Below the pieces are notes generated by a model. The model was not told the origin of the DNA. It was given only the letters and a program-made list of their open reading frames with translations, and did no database searches. From the NCBI RefSeq assembly GCF_009914755.1, contig NC_060941.1: a stretch of DNA of 64,000 bases; one strand, given 5' to 3'. Source of the DNA: the human T2T-CHM13v2.0 reference genome, Homo sapiens. Of this stretch, positions 57,880 through 64,000 are shown piece by piece (position 1 is the first letter of the stretch; every line of letters begins with the position of its first letter). The translations under genes and the position numbers were made by a program.

Positions 57880-59040
57880 ATTACACATGCCATTCCTACA
57901 AAGTCCCAGGGGTTTTAATAAAACTTGACTTTTTAAACTTCAGTTTATTTGAGAAAAAAAAATTAAGAAATTTTTGAAAGGCAACAAGAAGAAGAGATTT
58001 GCTCTAAGACATTAAACATAGTTATATAAGAAATATCTAGGAGTTAGTACCAGAAGTAAAACAGACAATTATTATCAGTGGATGAGAATTGTGTATATGT
58101 GCATGCATACACATATATACACTTATGTATATACGCATAGATTTAACCTCTGATAACAGTGGCTGTCCACTGTTTATCTACAATAAAATATGTAATGGGT
58201 TTGTTGAGAAAATTGACTATCTCTTTGGAAATAAGTAAATTGAGATATTTTATGATATACCTTAAAATAAATTCCGTATGGATTAAAGAGCTAAGGAAAC
58301 CTATAAAATATTTGAAGAAAACAGAGGAGAATAATCTTTTCATCTCAGTGTAGGACAAGCCTTCCCAAGCTTATGGCCATGGCCAGGTTAGAAATAAAAA
58401 TGGACATATTTGGTCACTTAAACACTTTAAAACTCCACATTAAAAAATCATCAAAATAAATTTAAAATCAAACTGTAGATTGAAAAAAATACTTGAAAAT
58501 ATACGTGAGACAAAATTATTAAAAGGACTTATATGAACAATAAGATTTAAAGCAAACAACCTAAGGGAAAGACAATTCAAGGGAGAAAATAATCAGTCAG
58601 CATATGAAATATACTCAACTCACTAGCGTTCAAGAAAATGCAAAGTGAAAGATCTAGATACTATTTTTTAAAAACTTCAAATTAGCAAAATTTTAAAATG
58701 TTGATAATATCGAGTATTGAATAGGCATGAAGACATAGATACACCTATCGTGTTGGTGAGCTATCCATACTGTAAAGTCTTAACAGATACAATTTTATCA
58801 CAGTTTATAATGCCTAACCTAAAAAAGATGGAAACAGCATAAACATCATCTGTAAGGGAACGATTCATTAAATTACAATATATTCACAGTATAGAATACA
58901 ATAAAACACAATGCAAAGCAAAAAGAAATGATAAAATTCTATATGAACTGATGTGAAAAGATCTCCAAAACGTAGAATTAATTTTTTAAAATTCAGGTTA
59001 TAAAACAATCCGGCAACATATTTTCATTTATGTTTTTTAA
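57880..59040 (+). mobile_element. Ancient L1M ORF2/3' remnant
   Basis: Degenerate ORF2 (KINSVWIKEL resembles [10 protein letters not shown]); A-rich strand bias. Confidence 0.65.
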
Positions 59041-59048
59041 AAAGTATT

Positions 59049-59354
<306 letters not shown>

Positions 59355-59705
59355 ATATTTATATATAAGTACACAGAAAAAAGAAGTTTCAAAGATATAA
59401 GTAGAACTGTTCATTATGGTATCCATGGGTACAGAGAGCAAGACCTTATCTTTCCTTTACCATTTGCATCTTTTAAAATAAAACTGTATTCGTATCTACA
59501 TAATTTTTAAATACGCCTAAAACATAAGAAGAAATTGACATCCTAATAGTGGTGGGGAAAAAAAAACGTATCTGTAAGTCTTTAATAAAGTAGGCAAAGA
59601 TTTAAGTGAAGATTTAGAGGACGTGGACACTAAATAAAATTTGATTACATATTTTAATCCTCTTACTTGATATAGAATACAATTTTAGACTTAGCACCCT
59701 CCCCC

Positions 59706-59713
59706 TGCGCGCG

Positions 59714-59762
<49 letters not shown>
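59706..59762. repeat. (CG)n(CA)n microsatellite
   Basis: gcgcgcgcacgcacacac…. Confidence 0.95.
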
Positions 59763-59767
<5 letters not shown>

Positions 59768-60530
59768 TGTCTTGACCATAAGACAGTAAAAAAAGAAATT
59801 TCTTTTAAAAGTTAAAAAACTTTAATCCCAACAAGTTGAGAATCAAAACATACCAAAAGTGCTAAAGCACATGCATGGAAAAAAGCCTGGAGGGATCCAT
59901 TCCCAAAATGATTAGCTCTGGGTGGTGAGATTATCAGTAATTTTTAAATTTTCTTATGTTCTTTCTTATATTCTTGATTACAATTATCCAGTATCTCCTA
60001 TACTGAGTATTATTTGCCTTTTTTTTTAAGATATGGAGTGATGGGGAGTGGGTTAACAATACCATATTTGCATAGCAGCTAAATCAGGAGTTGGCTGAGG
60101 CCATGGGAGGTTTAAGTTGTTCTCAAATTCTCATTAATCCTGGGTCATGCTCACAACTCAAAATACAACCAATGAAACTTGCTTCTTAGCTAAGAGACTG
60201 AAAACCCACAACTCTGCTATTAATTTTTGTTGGAAAATCTCAATGTATATGTGGTATAGGTATGCCATCTGGCTGACTTGGCTTCAAATCCTGGCCTCCA
60301 TCCTTATTGATTGTATGATATGAACTCGAGTGCATGCTTTTAAGCTCTCAACCCTCTACTTTTCTATGTGTAAATGTGGAAACAAGAATGCCTCCTTCAT
60401 TGGAAATTTTTGAGGTTTTAGTGGAAAAGCATATAAAAAGTGCTTGACATAGTGCAGGGATGTGCTGATGTACTCAATAAATGGTAGCTATCTTATTCAC
60501 ACATGAATATTAATTATACTTTAATTCACA

Positions 60531-60895
60531 CTATGCAGCCATAAAAAAGAACGAGATCATGTCCTTTGCAGGGACATGGTTGGAGCTGGAGGCCATTATC
60601 TTTAGCAAACTAATGCAAGAACAGAAAACCAGATACCACATGTTCTCACTTACAAGTGGGAGCTCAGTGATGAGAACACATGGACCCATAGAGGGGAGCA
60701 ACACATACTGGGGCCTGTCGGAGGGTGGAGGATGGGAGGAGGGAGTGGATCAGGAAAAATAACTAATGGGTATTAGGCTTAATACCTGAGTGATGAAATA
60801 ATCTGTACAACAAACCCCCATGACACGCGTTTACCTGGGTAACAAACCTGCACATCCTGCACATGTGCCCCTAAACTTAAAAATTAAAAAAAAAC
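60531..60895 (+). mobile_element. L1PA 3' end (short, older)
   Basis: MSFAGTWLELEAIIFSKL remnant plus 3'UTR. Confidence 0.9.
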
Positions 60896-60900
60896 TTATA

Positions 60901-61247
<347 letters not shown>

Positions 61248-61301
61248 TTACAATTATTTATGTTATTATAAGATATCATATTGATTCTAAATTCACAATG
61301 A

Positions 61302-61661
<360 letters not shown>

Positions 61662-62044
61662 TATCATTTCTTTTTACCCCAGATTGTGCTTGAGAGTTAT
61701 GAAGATAATTATTGTCATTATATAACTTATATTGTATTTTGCAAAGTGTTTTATATATCTATCATCACTTATTCTTTTCCTTTCAAAAAAAAAAAACTGA
61801 AAAGGCATAATAATTAAACTTATTCTCCGGTGAGGTGTGGTTTTTATTCTGGATCTGGTCTTTTGATGCCTCTGAAGACAGTGCCAAGCCTTGTCTGGGT
61901 CTCAGCAAGATCATTACATGCTATGAGGACCAGCAAAGGCTCATGGCTGAGCCCAGATCCTCTTCTCTTATAATTGAGAATGCTGTTCTGTCTAAATATA
62001 AAACCAAAGAGAGAGAGAGAGAGAAAACAAAGTTTTGAGGATAG

Positions 62045-62407
<363 letters not shown>

Positions 62408-64000
62408 TATTTTTCTACCAATTCTGTGAGATTACAAGTTTGATTGTACAGATGAGGTTACTGAGTTTCCAGAAACATTAAGAAATTGGCTCAAGGTCAC
62501 CCAGCAGATTCAGACCTAGAACTCTCGTCTCGGGGCTTGCAAAACCAAATTTACCACATGGTCCCCCAGAGAAATGCGCAGCCCAAGGGAACATGGTCTT
62601 TTCAGATAGGCAGATGCCTGGCATTTAACCTATTTCCTCTCTCAACCTAACAGTCCGTCTGCTTAAAGCTTTTTTTTTAATTTAATTTTTTATTTTAACA
62701 TGGTAGCCATCTGCACTGGCTTCAAGATTGAAAGAATTAGATGAGAAGGGGAGATGGAAATTCAGCAAATGTAACTCAGGATTGGCTGGGAGAGGAGGAC
62801 AGAATGAGGCATAGGGATAGCAAAGGAATCCCTGGCTTAGTAGAAATGCAGCCTTCACAAAGGATTGTGTTCTTAACACATAGATTAGAGCATGACACTA
62901 CAGAATGTCCCAGAGACAGAAAGTATTCTCAAGCATCATGTTTGGTTGTTTCAAAACCTTGTGTCTAACAGTAGAGCCAGGATTATTTTCTAACATTTAA
63001 AGAATGGTTAATATACCTACATTTATATATATGTATATGCATATGTTTGTATATGATATATAACATATATATAGTATGAGAGAGGTAAAGATTATCTTTG
63101 AGGATGCTCTTTGCAGTGGTATATGTGCTACAGTAACACCGAGGGAAAAACTGGAGTTGGTTAACAAAAAGAAAATATTTAAATACATAAAAAATGGGAT
63201 TTAACATGCACTTTAAATATCGTGTTTTCAGAGGATCATGAGATGCAAAGATGTTTACAATGCAAGAAGGAGGTTTCAGAATTGCATATGATATAGTCCC
63301 AATTCTTGAGAAATTGTAGGGTAGGTACCTTTTTATATCCATGTTCAGGTATATGAATCAGAAGAAAAAAGGCAAAGTATTAGCAGGTGCTGCTTATCTC
63401 TGCAGACTTGAATTCCTATTAATTTTGCCTTTCATCCTGAAACTTTTATACATTTTTCAAATTTTCTATAATGAACACGCACTTGTTTTATAGTCAGAAA
63501 AGGCAATACATGCTTTAAATGCTATAATAGAATAGTATATATCACAAGCTTCACTTAGGCTCTCAAAAGAACGTAAACCTGTATTCAAGAACCACAGCCC
63601 CATGGAATGAAGACTCTCCTCTTAATTTTAGAAGAACTTCTTTGCCTCATAAAATACACCCTTTCTTCCAAACTCTAATTCTCCTTTATATCTAATTTTT
63701 ATTCAGCTACTTAGTGGATGCCCACGGTTAACCTCATTAATCTTCGTATGGTAATTTATTAGGGATAAAGGGCTCTTAATTTGACCACTATAATTACCCT
63801 AGAGGTGAGTATAATGACGTCTGTCTTACAGGGATGGGAAACTAAGGTATAGAAACGGGAATGACCTGCCCGAATTTACACATACAGCATGGTGAAGCAC
63901 TTGAACTCAGATCTCCTGGCACCCAATCTTGTGGCCTCTCTCGATGAACAAGCGAACACAAGAAGGCGTAAATCTGAGTCCCTTTGTCTCAGGCATCTCT

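Overview
Human (primate) genomic DNA from the myocardin locus. The only protein-coding sequence I can support is MYOCD exon 1: ATG at 49661, encoding MTLLGSEHSLLIRSKFRS, with the splice donor GT at 49716. It sits in a CpG-island promoter (~48840-49500). Positions 1-49.3k are upstream regulatory DNA, which from prior knowledge includes part of the lncRNA LINC00670/CARDINAL; its exons are not resolvable here. Positions 49716-64000 are MYOCD intron 1. Much of the window is repeats: about 23 Alus, several 5'-truncated L1s, MLT1 LTRs, MIR/L2, MER DNA-transposon remnants, a 21-bp VNTR and microsatellites. Nearly all other ORFs in the track are repeat artefacts. Most notable observations: three uORFs plus an in-frame near-cognate start in the MYOCD 5' leader; a human-specific pre-Ta L1HS with a twin-priming inversion ~10 kb upstream; a PATRR-like AT-rich tract with an inverted duplication of unique sequence; a CArG/MEF2/TEAD motif cluster ~38 kb upstream; and template-switch hairpins inside an Alu. 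I see no new coding system. Repeat boundaries and subfamily calls were made by eye and are approximate.
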